DNA of 64,000 nt from contig CP182352.1 in assembly GCA_048571215.1 (NCBI GenBank), positions 2,176,001 to 2,240,000 of the forward strand, read 5' to 3'. Of this stretch, positions 41,716-51,407 are shown piece after piece. Each line of letters opens with the position of its first letter. Positions within the stretch are counted from its first letter, which is position 1. Source of the stretch: Halarcobacter sp. Lineage in GTDB: Bacteria > Campylobacterota > Campylobacteria > Campylobacterales > Arcobacteraceae. The position numbers were made by a program, and so were the translations under genes. The notes under the pieces were generated by a model. That model did no database searches. It was not told where the DNA came from and saw only the letters and a list, made by a program, of their open reading frames with translations.

Positions 41716-42268
41716 GACTAAACATTTGCTCACCGCGAAAGCTTATAATTTATTATAAGTCGTGGATGAGCCAACAACTGCAAGGTGTTAGTTTTTTATA
41801 GAGCCAATTCCTGCTATCCATTCCAATCAAATCAAAGATTTAATTCCATTACTATCAGGGCTATCCTGCGGAGCTAAACACCCTCTTCTATTTTTAAATT
41901 TTTATTTCATAACAGAATAAAAACAACAAACATTTCTTTTATTAGATTTTGCAAACTCAATTGTTCATAAGCTTTTTAGTCGCTATATTCTAATATCTTA
42001 TTTACTGACTCTAAAATTAAATTCTCAATATTTCAAATTCTAATTTTATACCAAGCAAAAAGCTATTTCATTTCACTTTGAAAAAAGCCCAATGAACTAA
42101 CTAAAGAGGCAAAAGCCTAAAAAAGATAAAGAGTTTAGTTTTTCTCTTCTTAAAATTAAAAAGAAGAGTTAAAAACCCTTCTGAATCTTCAAAAGAAGCA
42201 AATGCGGTTTTGCGTCGCTTAGCAAAATCTTTCTTTAGAAAAAAGGCAAAACTTTTAAAGGATATGAG

Positions 42269-42733
42269 ATGACAAAGTTAGAGATAGAAAATGAGTTTAG
42301 AGATGTAGTAGGTATAAATGAAGCTAAAAAGGTATATAAAACATTAGCTAAAAAACTTCATCCTGATGTTGGAGGAAGTGATGAAGAGTTTAAAATATTA
42401 AATGCTGTATATAATGATTTTATAGAGAATAAAATACATTTTTCAAATGATAGTAAAATTGATATTGAATTAGAGAAGATTATAAGTCAAATATTACATT
42501 ATGAGGATATTACAATAGAATTAGTAGGTTCTTGGATTTGGGTTAGTGGAAATACTAAAGAGATAAAAGATAAATTAAAAGAGCTTGGTTTTAAATGGGC
42601 TAGTAAAAAGAAGATGTGGTACTATGGAGAGATGAAAGCTAAAAATCCTAATCCTAAATCTATGGATGAGATTAAAGCTAAATATGGGAGTAAGGCTTTT
42701 AAGGATAAGGAGAGAGGTAGTATAGCAGGTTGA
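42269..42733 (+). CDS. J-domain-like protein
   Basis: YKTLAKKLHPDVGG; ends in TGA stop. Confidence 0.8.
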   Translation: MTKLEIENEFRDVVGINEAKKVYKTLAKKLHPDVGGSDEEFKILNAVYNDFIENKIHFSNDSKIDIELEKIISQILHYEDITIELVGSWIWVSGNTKEIKDKLKELGFKWASKKKMWYYGEMKAKNPNPKSMDEIKAKYGSKAFKDKERGSIAG

Positions 42734-42913
42734 TTTCTGCTATGTTATAAATTTCAAAATTTTTAAATTGTTATTTAAATTTATATTATAAGAAAGTTTG
42801 ATATTTATAAAGGTTATTACAAATAATAAGTGCATATACTAATAATTCTATAATTTATATTTAAGTAAATACTAGATAAATTTATCATTTAAGTTCTATT
42901 TAAAGGAAACACT

Positions 42914-45900
42914 TTGAATTTTTTTAAAATCTTCTTAGCTCTATTTATATTTAATATTTACTCTTTTGCAGGAGTCACATTTTATGATTTTTGGATTAAA
43001 GATTCTCCTTATCTCGAAGGTAAAACAAATAACTTTGATGCACAGTTTAAAATTAAAAATACAGGAAGTTCCTCTTTATATATTCAGCAGGTTGAAGTAA
43101 CAATATTAAATTCTAATGGTAGTTATAACAGTAATTGTTGGTATAAAAATGTCAATAAAACTTTGTATCCAAATAGTTCTTATTCATCAGGTATTGGGTA
43201 TTGTACATTAAATTCCACTGGTGATTTTAAAGTTGTAGCAAAAGTTAAATATGGAAATAATTATTATGATAGTCCAACAAAACATTCTATTACAGTAACA
43301 GCTCCTGTAAATAATGCACCCACAATAGAAAAGAGTGGAACACAACCAACAACAGTTGAAGTTGGGAAACCAATAGCATTTGCATTAAGAGCAAAAGATA
43401 GTGATGGAAATCTTTCAAGTGTAGATTTTGACTGGAATGATGGTTCTTCAAATGAAGTTGTTGGAAAAAGTGCAGCAGGAACATATGAGAATTTAGTATT
43501 TAGTAGAACATTTAATAAAACAGGAAATTTTACAGCAAGTGCAACTGCATATGATAAAGATGGTGCAAAGAGTGGAAGAATACAATTTAGTTTTTCTGTA
43601 ACAGCTCCTGTAAATAATGCACCCACAATAGAAAAGAGTGGAACACAACCAACAACAGTTGAAGTTGGGAAACCAATAGCATTTGCATTAAGAGCAAAAG
43701 ATAGTGATGGAAATCTTTCAAGTGTAGATTTTGACTGGAATGATGGTTCTTCAAATGAAGTTGTTGGAAAAAGTGCAGCAGGAACATATGAGAATTTAGT
43801 ATTTAGTAGAACATTTAATAAAACAGGAAATTTTACAGCAAGTGCAACTGCATATGATAAAGATGGTGCAAAGAGTGGAAGAATACAATTTAGTTTTTCT
43901 GTAACAGCTCCTGTAAATAATGCACCAACAATAGAAAAGAGTGGAACACAACCAACAACAGTTGAAGTTGGGAAACCAATAGCATTTGCATTAAGAGCAA
44001 AAGATAGTGATGGAAATCTTTCAAGTGTAGATTTTGACTGGAATGATGGTTCTTCAAATGAAGTTGTTGGAAAAAGTGCAGCAGGAACATATGAGAATTT
44101 AGTATTTAGTAGAACATTTAATAAAACAGGAAATTTTACAGCAAGTGCAACTGCATATGATAAAGATGGTGCAAAGAGTGGAAGAATACAATTTAGTTTT
44201 TCTGTAACAGCTCCTGTAAATAATGCACCAACAATAGAAAAGAGTGGAACACAACCAACAACAGTTGAAGTTGGGAAACCAATAGCATTTGCATTAAGAG
44301 CAAAAGATAGTGATGGAAATCTTTCAAGTGTAGATTTTGACTGGAATGATGGTTCTTCAAATGAAGTTGTTGGGAAAAGTGTAGCAGGAACATATGAGAA
44401 TTTAGTATTTAGTAGAACATTTAATAAAACAGGAAATTTTACAGCAAGTGCAACTGCATATGATAAAGATGGTGCAAAGAGTGGAAGAATACAATTTAGT
44501 TTTTCTGTAACAGCTCCTGTAAATAATGCACCAACAATAGAAAAGAGTGGAACACAACCAACAACAGTTGAAGTTGGGAAACCAATAGCATTTGCATTAA
44601 GAGCAAAAGATAGTGATGGAAATCTTTCAAATGTAGATTTTGACTGGAATGATGGTTCTTCAAATGAAGTTGTTGGGAAAAGTGCAGCAGGAACATATGA
44701 GAATTTAGTATTTAGTAGAACATTTAATAAAACAGGAAATTTTACAGCAAGTGCAACTGCATATGATAAAGATGGTGCAAAGAGTGGAAGAATACAATTT
44801 AGTTTTTCTGTAACAGCTCCTGTAAATAATGCACCAACCCACATATCTACAACAATTACACCTACACAAATTATTGAAGCAGAAGATATTAATATTAAAA
44901 CAATATTTAATGATGTTGATGGCGATTTTATTGTTAATGTAAAAGTAAGATACAAAAACATTAATTCTTTAAGTTGGACAGAATTAAATTTATCTCACTT
45001 ATCTACAGAATCAAATAATGAAATTTTTACAGGGACTATTAGTGGTGGTCTAGTAAGTGGAGAATATGAATTACAAGTTCAAGCAAGTGATAAAGAGAAT
45101 TTAACTGATAGTGATGTTTTACATACAACAGATTGGATTGCTGTTAATAGTTTTATTGTAAAAGAAAAAGGCAATAATATTCCAGAGATAATACATATCT
45201 CTACATCAGGTACAAGTACTTCTAATTCTATCAAAACTAATGAAGAAACATTAACTGTAACCCTTAAAATTAAAGATATAGATGGAAATATAGATAGATT
45301 AGAATTTGACTTTGATAAAGATTACGACTTGACAGAAGATAATGAGAAGCAAAATTTTTTCTTTAATACAACAGACAAAGAAATTACTCAAACTATTTCA
45401 TTTCAGTATACAGATGATTACTTAGAAAATTGTCCAAATTTATCAGGACAATTATATTCTGACATTTTATATGATGGCACTTGTTGGAAAAATCATAAGA
45501 GATGGAAAGCCATTGTATATGATAAAAAAGGGAATAGTACAACATTAATACAAGAAGGAGATGCCACACATATATATTCTTCAGATGGTTTAGAAAAATA
45601 TCAATTAGAAAAGAAGAATAAAGAAAAAAATGTAAAAGTTGAAGAATTAGAAAAAAATAAAAAAAATTATGATGATTATATTTCCAGCTTACTAGAAAAC
45701 ATAGATAAAACTTTAAAAGAAAATGATCCTAAACTTGGAAAATTTGAAGAGCAAGAACAAATTTTTGAGCTAAGTAAAGGTGGAGATATAATTAGTTCAA
45801 AATTAAGGATAACATATGTAGGTAGAGAAGATGAAAATGATACATCAAACTATCCTGCTAATGTTGTTCTTTCAATAAAAAGAAAAGATACACCTATATA

Positions 45901-47119
45901 TATTGGTAACAAGGAATTTAATTCAATAGCTTATAATTTAGAACATTTAAAAGCTATACTTGATCTAAGTAATAAATATATATATGATGAAATATTCTTT
46001 AAAAATATATGTTCAAAAGATGATAATCAAGTGATTGGAGTATGCCAAGCAGTTGAATTGGAATCAATAATTACTGAAGAAAGTGTAAAAGATATCGCAT
46101 CTGCAATTTCTGATAAAATGGGGAGTTCAGTTAGTGAAATTTCAAAAGCTACAAGAGATGGAGTACTAAAAGCAACTAAAGAAATTGTTTCAAGCTATGC
46201 AGAGACCCCACAAGATTTAGCTAATGCTGCAACAATAGTTTTTGGATTTACTAAAGATTTAATTAAAAATCCAAAAGAAACTATTAATAATAGCATTGAC
46301 AAGGTTAATGAAACAGCTGAAATATTAGGTATGTTTAAAGATGAATTATTAGAAGTAATACCTAATCTATCTGATATAATTAGTCATTTTACTCCTGTAG
46401 AGAAAGCATTTTTTACAGCATATATAACTACACATGTGGCACATGAATTAGCACCAACAAGTAAATTAAAACTTGCAAAATTAGCTAAAACTGATAAAAT
46501 AAAAAGAGCAAAATGGCTTAGAATTTCAAAACTTTTACAAATTTCAAAAGAACTTGGATATAAAATAAAATATTCCTATTTAATAAATTTTAATGATAAA
46601 GATTTTGATGTAATCGATCGTATTCTTACAAGAAAATATGAGAATAATCCATTAACTAAATCTGAGCATGTAATATTATCATTATTAGAAAAAGATAGAA
46701 AAAGTGAGTGGAGACCTTGGCTTTTAAATATGTGGTATGGAAATGTCTTTAATGATAAAAGAAGAGATAATTTTGATTATAATGAAGTATATATATTAGG
46801 TAAAAATGGAGATTATTATAGACTTGATTCATTCAATACTAAAAAACAACCTAAAGGAATCTTTTCGAGAAAAGATACACAAATGTCTGAACAACCTGAA
46901 CAAGCTATCAAGTATTTAGATGAGTTTGCAGAGAAATATCCTTCAGGTGCACAAATTGCTAATGTTCCAAGTAGTCAAAAAATGGGTATAACTGGAACAT
47001 TAAAAGGTCAGATGTATTTAGAAGTTCCAGTACAAAATAATAGTATACCTCAAAATATTTTAGACCATGCAAAAGATTTAAAAATTAAGATAAGAGATAT
47101 AGATGGAAAAATTTATTAA
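42914..47119 (+). CDS. Secreted polymorphic toxin with Ig/PKD-like repeats and C-terminal nuclease-like domain
   Basis: Signal peptide, five 101-aa repeats, C-terminal YRLDS..SRKDTQ..LEVPVQ..IRDIDG; overlapping small gene. Confidence 0.75.
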   Translation: MNFFKIFLALFIFNIYSFAGVTFYDFWIKDSPYLEGKTNNFDAQFKIKNTGSSSLYIQQVEVTILNSNGSYNSNCWYKNVNKTLYPNSSYSSGIGYCTLNSTGDFKVVAKVKYGNNYYDSPTKHSITVTAPVNNAPTIEKSGTQPTTVEVGKPIAFALRAKDSDGNLSSVDFDWNDGSSNEVVGKSAAGTYENLVFSRTFNKTGNFTASATAYDKDGAKSGRIQFSFSVTAPVNNAPTIEKSGTQPTTVEVGKPIAFALRAKDSDGNLSSVDFDWNDGSSNEVVGKSAAGTYENLVFSRTFNKTGNFTASATAYDKDGAKSGRIQFSFSVTAPVNNAPTIEKSGTQPTTVEVGKPIAFALRAKDSDGNLSSVDFDWNDGSSNEVVGKSAAGTYENLVFSRTFNKTGNFTASATAYDKDGAKSGRIQFSFSVTAPVNNAPTIEKSGTQPTTVEVGKPIAFALRAKDSDGNLSSVDFDWNDGSSNEVVGKSVAGTYENLVFSRTFNKTGNFTASATAYDKDGAKSGRIQFSFSVTAPVNNAPTIEKSGTQPTTVEVGKPIAFALRAKDSDGNLSNVDFDWNDGSSNEVVGKSAAGTYENLVFSRTFNKTGNFTASATAYDKDGAKSGRIQFSFSVTAPVNNAPTHISTTITPTQIIEAEDINIKTIFNDVDGDFIVNVKVRYKNINSLSWTELNLSHLSTESNNEIFTGTISGGLVSGEYELQVQASDKENLTDSDVLHTTDWIAVNSFIVKEKGNNIPEIIHISTSGTSTSNSIKTNEETLTVTLKIKDIDGNIDRLEFDFDKDYDLTEDNEKQNFFFNTTDKEITQTISFQYTDDYLENCPNLSGQLYSDILYDGTCWKNHKRWKAIVYDKKGNSTTLIQEGDATHIYSSDGLEKYQLEKKNKEKNVKVEELEKNKKNYDDYISSLLENIDKTLKENDPKLGKFEEQEQIFELSKGGDIISSKLRITYVGREDENDTSNYPANVVLSIKRKDTPIYIGNKEFNSIAYNLEHLKAILDLSNKYIYDEIFFKNICSKDDNQVIGVCQAVELESIITEESVKDIASAISDKMGSSVSEISKATRDGVLKATKEIVSSYAETPQDLANAATIVFGFTKDLIKNPKETINNSIDKVNETAEILGMFKDELLEVIPNLSDIISHFTPVEKAFFTAYITTHVAHELAPTSKLKLAKLAKTDKIKRAKWLRISKLLQISKELGYKIKYSYLINFNDKDFDVIDRILTRKYENNPLTKSEHVILSLLEKDRKSEWRPWLLNMWYGNVFNDKRRDNFDYNEVYILGKNGDYYRLDSFNTKKQPKGIFSRKDTQMSEQPEQAIKYLDEFAEKYPSGAQIANVPSSQKMGITGTLKGQMYLEVPVQNNSIPQNILDHAKDLKIKIRDIDGKIY
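43295..44838 (+). repeat. Five near-identical 303-bp tandem repeats plus a partial sixth
   Basis: Units start at 43295, 43598, 43901, 44204, 44507, 44810. Confidence 0.97.
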
Positions 47120-47687
47120 TAAAAAATATCACTACTATGATCATTGGTGGCAAGATGACAAAAAGCCTCAAGACAAACTTACTTTAGAAGAAGCTCAAAG
47201 AAGATTTAATGATAAAAAACCTACAGGAAATACATTTTATATATTAGTAGGAGAGGATGAAACTGACCCAAAATATATTATTAATTATGTTTCTATGGAC
47301 TTAATTTCAGTCTATAAATTAAATGATAATTTTGATGATATTGTACAAATTTCTTACATAATTATGCATAATTTAGATGATAATAAACTTTATTTGAATC
47401 AGTTCCACTTTAATAAATATGATGGAATAAATGCTATAAGCAATAATTTAATTATATGGTCTTTTATAAAAAATTATAATAATGGAAATCCTATATGGGA
47501 AGTTTTAGAAAAACAGAGAAATGAATATTTAGTTTTTGCTAACAACAAAGAAGAGTATAGTGATATAACTTTTACTATTAATGGTAATGAACAATGGAGA
47601 GAATATCCAAAATTTGGAAACTGGGATTGGATGATTGAAGATTTAGAGTTTTTATTAAATAAATATGAGGAGATGAAGAATGAATAA
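47103..47687 (+). CDS. Putative cognate immunity protein
   Basis: Overlaps toxin stop; cytoplasmic; YPKFGNWD tail. Confidence 0.65.
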   Translation: MEKFINKKYHYYDHWWQDDKKPQDKLTLEEAQRRFNDKKPTGNTFYILVGEDETDPKYIINYVSMDLISVYKLNDNFDDIVQISYIIMHNLDDNKLYLNQFHFNKYDGINAISNNLIIWSFIKNYNNGNPIWEVLEKQRNEYLVFANNKEEYSDITFTINGNEQWREYPKFGNWDWMIEDLEFLLNKYEEMKNE

Positions 47688-48750
47688 ATTACTTAATATT
47701 ATTTTATTATCTATTATAACAGTTTTTTTAGTATCTTGTGGAGGAGGTGGAGAAGATGGAGGAGATTCATCTTCATCATCGAATGTGGCAAGAGTTGAAT
47801 TAGGTCCTATCTCTAGTGCAACAGTAACTATATCATCTTTAAATGGTATAAAACTTGATGAGTACATAACAAATGAAAATGGATATTTTACTCCAAATAG
47901 AGAAAAATTATCAGAAGAAATTAACAATTATAACCCTGATATGAAATATGTAAGAATAATTTCAACTGGAGGAATTGATATTGACCCTAATGATGATGAG
48001 ATAATTGTGGAAAGTGAAAAGAATGAAGTTAAAGGGCAAGTTACTGGAATTCTTCCTATATCAAGACTCTTAGAAAATAAAGAATTTAGGATTAATGCTT
48101 TTACTTCAGTGGTTGAAAAATCTCTGAAGAATACTCTTAATATTGATGAAGAGATAATAAACAAAATTTTAGAAGAAAATAGTTTTGAAGACATAAATAA
48201 TGATGGTAATATTACTATAGATGACATAATTGATTACAAAATGTCAGAGCATGAAACAAATGCAGAAAAAACATTAATGGAATCTTGGGTACCAGTAATA
48301 ACAAGTGGTGATGAGGAAGAAGAAAATAATTTAATTAGTGAATATAAAACAACATATAATTTAATTTCACCAATTTCAGAATTACTTCGGAATGAAAAAC
48401 TTATAGTTTTCCCTTATTTAAAAAATGGTTACTACATTCAATATTCTATACAAAAAGATTATTCAGAAGCAAACTTCAAACCATATTATAATGGTGAAAA
48501 GTTAACTCTAAATAATTATGAAGTTATGTATTATCAAGAGTGTTCACTTTCAGAAGAATGTTCAAAAATTCAAAAAATATATTTTGATGGAGAAAGATAT
48601 TTTGTTGATTATTTAAAAGTAAAAAAAACATATTTTATTGATGAAGAAAAAATAACTGGATTTAGACAAAAAGAAGAAGATATAAAAAAAGAAATTGAAC
48701 AAATCGAAGAAGAAATTGAAAATATAAAAACTACTGAATTGTCTTTATAA
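47680..48750 (+). CDS. Hypothetical lipoprotein
   Basis: Lipobox LVSC followed by GGGG/S linker; DINNDGNITIDD Ca-binding-like loop. Confidence 0.8.
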   Translation: MNKLLNIILLSIITVFLVSCGGGGEDGGDSSSSSNVARVELGPISSATVTISSLNGIKLDEYITNENGYFTPNREKLSEEINNYNPDMKYVRIISTGGIDIDPNDDEIIVESEKNEVKGQVTGILPISRLLENKEFRINAFTSVVEKSLKNTLNIDEEIINKILEENSFEDINNDGNITIDDIIDYKMSEHETNAEKTLMESWVPVITSGDEEEENNLISEYKTTYNLISPISELLRNEKLIVFPYLKNGYYIQYSIQKDYSEANFKPYYNGEKLTLNNYEVMYYQECSLSEECSKIQKIYFDGERYFVDYLKVKKTYFIDEEKITGFRQKEEDIKKEIEQIEEEIENIKTTELSL

Positions 48751-48773
48751 AAAGACCTATTTAAAATAGGTCT

Positions 48774-49025
48774 TTATTTAAGTTCCCTAAAAAACTCACA
48801 TATATCAACATCTAAAATCTGGGCAATTTTATGAAGTTGAGTAATATTAAAATGCCTTTTATTTGTATATAATTCAGCAGAACTAATTAAACTTGGAGAT
48901 TTATTCCCCATTTCAAAAGATAAAGCCAATTGACTTAATTCAGCTTCTTTTCTAAGTCTAGCAACATTTTTACCAATCAAGATATGTAATTCATCTTCAC
49001 TTAAATTATTCAGTTTTTTATTCAT
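48774..49025 (-). CDS. XRE-family HTH regulator
   Basis: IGKNVARLRKEAELSQLAL..LHKIAQILDV. Confidence 0.9.
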   Translation of the reverse strand: MNKKLNNLSEDELHILIGKNVARLRKEAELSQLALSFEMGNKSPSLISSAELYTNKRHFNITQLHKIAQILDVDICEFFRELK

Positions 49026-49033
49026 TTTACCTC

Positions 49034-49097
49034 ACACTACTATTGTAATGTAAGTATAGATATGTAATAATCTTTTATCAAACTACAATTGTAGTGT
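49034..49097. promoter_or_regulatory. Paired palindromic operators in divergent promoter
   Basis: CACTACTATTGTAATG and AACTACAATTGTAGTG. Confidence 0.55.
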
Positions 49098-49112
49098 ACA
49101 AAGGAAAATATC

Positions 49113-49352
49113 ATGAAACCCATCCTCTCAATTCTACTAATAATCCTACTTTCAACATCACTTCTAAGTGATGAAACAAAAAAAGAAACTCAAAAAATAG
49201 AAGAAAAACAGGCAATGACAGATGAAGAGTTTTTAAAAAAATTTATGAAATTAGATAAAGAAGTAGAAGAAGCAAAAGCAAAAACTAAAGCTTTAGAAAA
49301 ACTTGAAAAAAAAGTTGATGAATTGGCAAAAACCCTTGGAGTAGATAAGTAA
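49113..49352 (+). CDS. Small secreted coiled-coil protein
   Basis: AAGGA RBS, signal peptide. Confidence 0.75.
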   Translation: MKPILSILLIILLSTSLLSDETKKETQKIEEKQAMTDEEFLKKFMKLDKEVEEAKAKTKALEKLEKKVDELAKTLGVDK

Positions 49353-49433
49353 TCTATTTTTTGCACTCATTTTAGAAATGTGATAAAATCTATATATCTC
49401 CTAAAAATAATTTATAAATCTAAATTATGGAAA

Positions 49434-51026
49434 ATGACTGAAATATCATGAGGTAATTTTGAATCAAATGAAAATATTCCAAAATTAAAACAAACAAGTC
49501 CAGAAGATATTCAAAAAGCGTGAGAAGATATAGAATATTCAAATCATTTACAAAAAGTAAATGATGTTTTAAATGTACTTAATTTTCCTAATAATGCTGA
49601 AAAAAAATTTAGAACTATTTTAGATAAGCAAGATGATAAAACTTTGATTGAACTATCAAAACAATCAAAATGAGATATTCAATCTTTTTTGCTAAATAAT
49701 AGAAAAACTGAAAAATCTACAGAAGAAGAAAAGCATTTAGATAAAAATGTAAATATAAACTCTAAAATTTCAAAAATCAAATCAACTTTTTCTCCTGAGA
49801 TTCTAAGTAATAATCCTGATATTGAAAACCTAATTAACTCTTTTGATTTACAAAAAGATGAATGAGAAAACATAAATATTATTGATAAAATTCTAAATCT
49901 TTTAAAAGAGCCTTGAAAACTAAAATCAATAGTTGATGATTTATGATGAGCAGATAAAAACAATCCAAAATATTTAGAATTCAAAGAAAGTTTAATTTGA
50001 ATAGATTCTAGTTTTGAAAACTATTTTAATGATCTTGAAAATATAAACTCAAAAGATGAGTTAAATACAAATAATATAGTTTGAGAGATAGAAAAAGAAT
50101 CTTGATGACTTGAAACAATTGATTTAAATAGTTCTAATCCTGTTTCAAAACTAAGTTTAATTTGAAGTGATTATAGTTTTGATGAAAAAATTGATAAAGG
50201 GGCGCTTTGAGAGTTAATGAATACAAGTGAAAATAAATTAAAAGAGATTCAAAATAGTATAACTATTTTGAAAAATGTATATACTCCCTTCGATAGTTTA
50301 TTAAATCAAATCAAAACTAACTGGCAAAAACAAGATTTAAAAGAGACATTAAAAAACCCTTTATCTAGATTTCCAAGCAGTACATTTGCAAATTTAGAAA
50401 AGGTTTATAAAGATATTTGAATTGATTCAAATATACAGCTAAAACAATTTGATATATCAAGTTTAGCTGATGTAAAAAATGCTAATGAATTAAGAGTTAA
50501 AATTGAAAATATCAAAACCAAATTTGAACAAATAAAACTTCAAATTCTAGAAAGAAAAGATGAGATTTTAAAAGATTATAAAGCAAATGTAAAAGAGCTT
50601 TTACAAAGAAAAGAAAAAGCCAAAGAAAAACAACTTGAAGTATTAAAATTTATGAAAGCTAGTTGATTTGATTTAATCCCAAAATCTATTACTGATAAAC
50701 TAATATTAAATCTTCAAAATAATTCATTTCAAATACAAGGTTTAGATTTAAATGTACAAAACATAGATTTAAAAAACTGACATTTTTGAGAATCATTAAA
50801 TATAGACAATGAAACTTGATTTAATACTCTAGCTAAAACAAATCTAGTTAAGTTTATGAATAAACTTATATCATGAAATATTGAAGAGCCTTTAAGTGTT
50901 GACGCTATCGCAAATTGAATTTCTGTAACTAATTCAGCAGATTTAAAAAATCAATTTAGAGAATCTTGAATTGTTGATTGATTGGGTTGGAAGTATATTA
51001 AGATTGTTGAGAATTTGAAAAGTTAA
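49434..51026 (+). CDS. Hypothetical protein, 530 aa, TGA read-through (Gly)
   Basis: 1593 bp free of TAA/TAG with ~22 in-frame TGA; includes track ORF 50217..50420; terminator follows. Confidence 0.88.
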
Positions 51027-51063
51027 TAAAAAAAGCAAGGTAAAACTACCTTGCTTTTTTATT
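51027..51063. terminator. Bidirectional intrinsic terminator
   Basis: AAAAAAGCAAGGTA-AAAC-TACCTTGCTTTTTT. Confidence 0.85.
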
Positions 51064-51075
51064 GATTAAGAAGAG

Positions 51076-51384
51076 TTAAGATTTAATACCCTTTTTTAGA
51101 ATATGGTAAATCTTTTTATAAGAAATCCAGATTAATACTACAACTCCTATTATTACATAAAGGAGAAACTCCATATTTTCTTTTTCAACAATTATTATAT
51201 AAAGCGTTGAAAAACATTTTAATAAAGACACTATAGATACTAAGACAATTATAATATCTTCTATATTTAACTCTCTTTTTAAAGATAGAGCAACAAAAAC
51301 GTATATAACCAATACAATTAAACTTATAATTTCAATTATCATAATAAAAACCTTATAAATAATTGAGCAATATAAATATAGCAA
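51076..51384 (-). CDS. Small membrane protein
   Basis: Three hydrophobic segments; real start probably MIIEII. Confidence 0.6.
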   Translation of the reverse strand: MLYLYCSIIYKVFIMIIEIISLIVLVIYVFVALSLKRELNIEDIIIVLVSIVSLLKCFSTLYIIIVEKENMEFLLYVIIGVVVLIWISYKKIYHILKKGIKS

Positions 51385-51407
51385 TAAATATTTTTATGTG
51401 TGTCTTA

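Noticed and set aside
43295..44838. CRISPR array
   Set aside because: 303-bp in-frame coding repeats, no spacers, no cas genes.
43264..44961. 565-aa and 64-66-aa minus-strand ORFs
   Set aside because: Antisense shadows of the tandem repeat in the toxin gene.
49679..50420. Track ORFs 49679..49984(-) and 50217..50420(+) as separate genes
   Set aside because: Antisense shadow and internal fragment of the recoded 49434-51026 gene.
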